A stretch of 64,000 bases of DNA, from contig NC_043005.1 of the NCBI RefSeq assembly GCF_006345805.1, positions 105,958,001 to 106,022,000 on the forward strand, given 5' to 3'. The notes beneath the pieces are model-generated. The model was not told where the DNA came from, searched no databases, and worked only from the letters and a program-made list of their open reading frames with translations. Shown piece by piece: positions 62,265 through 64,000 of the stretch. The position numbers were made by a program, and so were the translations under genes. The stretch is from Octopus sinensis (Eukaryota). How positions within the stretch are numbered: position 1 is the first letter of the stretch; the number at the start of each line of letters is the position of its first letter.

Positions 62265-62520
62265 TCATCATCATCATCATCATTTAATGTCCGCTTTCCA
62301 TGCTAGCATGGGTTGGACGATTTGACTGAGGTCTGGCGAACCAGACTCCAATCTGATCTGGCAGAGTTTCTACAGCTGGATGCCCTTCCTAACGCCAACC
62401 ACTCCGAGTGTGTAGTGGGTGCTTTTACGTGGCACCGGCACGAGGGCCAGTTTGGTGGTACTGGCAACGTCCATGCCCAGATGGTGCTTTTTACGGGCCA
62501 CCTGCACAGGAACCAGTCCA
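62265..62520 (-). mobile_element. RTE-type LINE 3' end
   Basis: Family match. Confidence 0.85.
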
Positions 62521-63066
62521 TAAAGAAACAACATATATTAAATGAAAATTAAGTGAAATCACGATTAAAAAACAAGGAACATCAAATGAAATTCTCATAT
62601 AATTTTGAAGATTTACTAAAAAAAAAAAAGGAAACACTTCCACTTCCAAAGTGAAGAGCTGGAATTTAGAATTAACAACATTTGGTTTGGTCTCTTTTTG
62701 GTGTGAGGGGTTGTCGAGGTCTTTATTTTCTTTATTTTGGAAGAAATCAGGAATTCATAATGCCAATGGCAGAACATCCAAGTGAGCAGATGTTAAAGCT
62801 GTTGGATTTTCAAGTGATGACTTCTCAGTTCCATGCATTTTGGCTATTGTTTTGAAACCTATCTCACAAGCTGAGCTATTTTGTATATTTTGGCCTTTCT
62901 TTGATTAGTTAATTCTGCATCATATTCATTATCTCTTGATCACTTATAAAACTGTGTTGCTCTCAATCTTTTAACAGCTCTCCTCTCAGTAGAATTAATT
63001 AATTAACAGATACACTTTTTTCAATATTTACATCATTTCTCCCACAGCCACACATAAATGCACTAA

Positions 63067-63445
63067 AGGCACAGGAGTGGCTGCATGGTAAGTAGCTTGC
63101 TTACCAACCACATGGCTCTGGGTTCAGTCCCACTGCGTGGCACCTTGGACAAGTGTCGTCTACTGTAGCCTCAGGCCGACCAAAGCCTTGTGAGTGAATT
63201 TGGTAAATGGAAACTGAAAGAAGCCCGTCATATGTATGTATATAAATATATATGTATATGTGTGAGTGTTTGCGTGTCTGTGTTTGTCCCACCTCCAACA
63301 TCGCTTGACAACTGATGTTGGTGTGTTTACATAGAATAAGTACTAGGCTTACAAAGAATAAGTCCTGGGGTCGATTTCCTTGGCTAAAGGCAGTGCTCCA
63401 GCATGGCCACAGTCAAATGACTGAAACAAGTAAAACAGTAAAACG
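63067..63445 (+). mobile_element. SINE-A with an internal deletion
   Basis: Family match. Confidence 0.9.
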
Positions 63446-63510
63446 GTATATTATATGGAGGCAGAAAATACATCCTTTTACCTAGAAATGATAGTGAACG
63501 TTAGTTTCTG

Positions 63511-63730
63511 TAATAATGGTTTCGAATTTTGGCACAAGGCCAGCAATTTCAAGGGAGTGGGTAAGTTGATTACACAGGTTCTAGTTTTCAACTGATACTT
63601 ATTTTATTGACCTAGAAGGGATGAAAGGCAAACGTCAACCTTGGTGGAATTTGAACTCAGAATGTAAAGACAGACAAAATTTCACTAAGCATTTACCCAG
63701 CATGCTAATGATTCTGCCAAATTGCTGCCT
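63511..63730 (-). mobile_element. SINE-B, diverged
   Basis: Family match. Confidence 0.75.
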
Positions 63731-63842
63731 CGTTAGTATTTGTAATAATAGTTATATATCATAATGGATATAATGTTGCCATGTTGTTACCATTTATATG
63801 CATAAATATACATAAATATATGAATATGAATAAACATATATA

Positions 63843-63902
63843 AGTGCAGGAATGGCTGTGTGGTAAGAAGCTTGATTCTCAACCATGTGGTTCTGGGTTC
63901 AT
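63843..63902 (+). mobile_element. SINE-A head only
   Basis: Family match. Confidence 0.7.
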
Positions 63903-64000
63903 TACATACTGAACACAAAAGGACATTGATAGTTCCAGGTTTTTCCTGGCTACTTGGTGCTACAACCATTGTCACAGGACCAAAACACCTTGAAGGTCTT

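Noticed and set aside
63910-64000. Open frame HKRTLIVPGFSWLLGATTIVTGPKHLEGL at the window edge
   Set aside because: Truncated by the window, with no convincing acceptor and no recognised motif.

Overview
Eukaryotic, AT-rich DNA made almost entirely of repeats. The repeat families look like those of an Octopus-type cephalopod genome; this is recognition, not a database result. No host protein-coding gene can be called. Most of the supplied ORFs are translations of microsatellites such as (TA)n, (TACA)n, (CA)n, (CAT)n, (AAT)n, (GGT)n and (TCTA)n. The recognisable content is: three tRNA-headed SINE families (my labels SINE-A, -B, -C), several with target-site duplications (TSDs); many 3' ends of an RTE-type LINE with (ATG)n tails; two decayed Penelope-like elements (PLE; RT plus GIY-YIG); two mariner remnants; a Helitron-like element; a probable solo LTR; a tRNA-Asn pseudogene; and many long fold-back (hairpin) elements. 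The most notable observations are: (1) a short (TA)n-bounded repeat family (H1) carrying a minimal type I hammerhead-ribozyme-like motif, and a fold-back family (H2) carrying a variant hammerhead-like core in both arms; (2) a 620-bp TSD-flanked insertion with an unrecognised open reading frame whose 3' tail matches the SINE-B tail; (3) 184-bp SINE-B concatemers with the same junction at two loci; (4) a cluster of three RFX X-box-like motifs; (5) a few candidate small exons in unique sequence. Repeat boundaries are approximate (about 10 bp) unless a TSD or terminal repeat is quoted.
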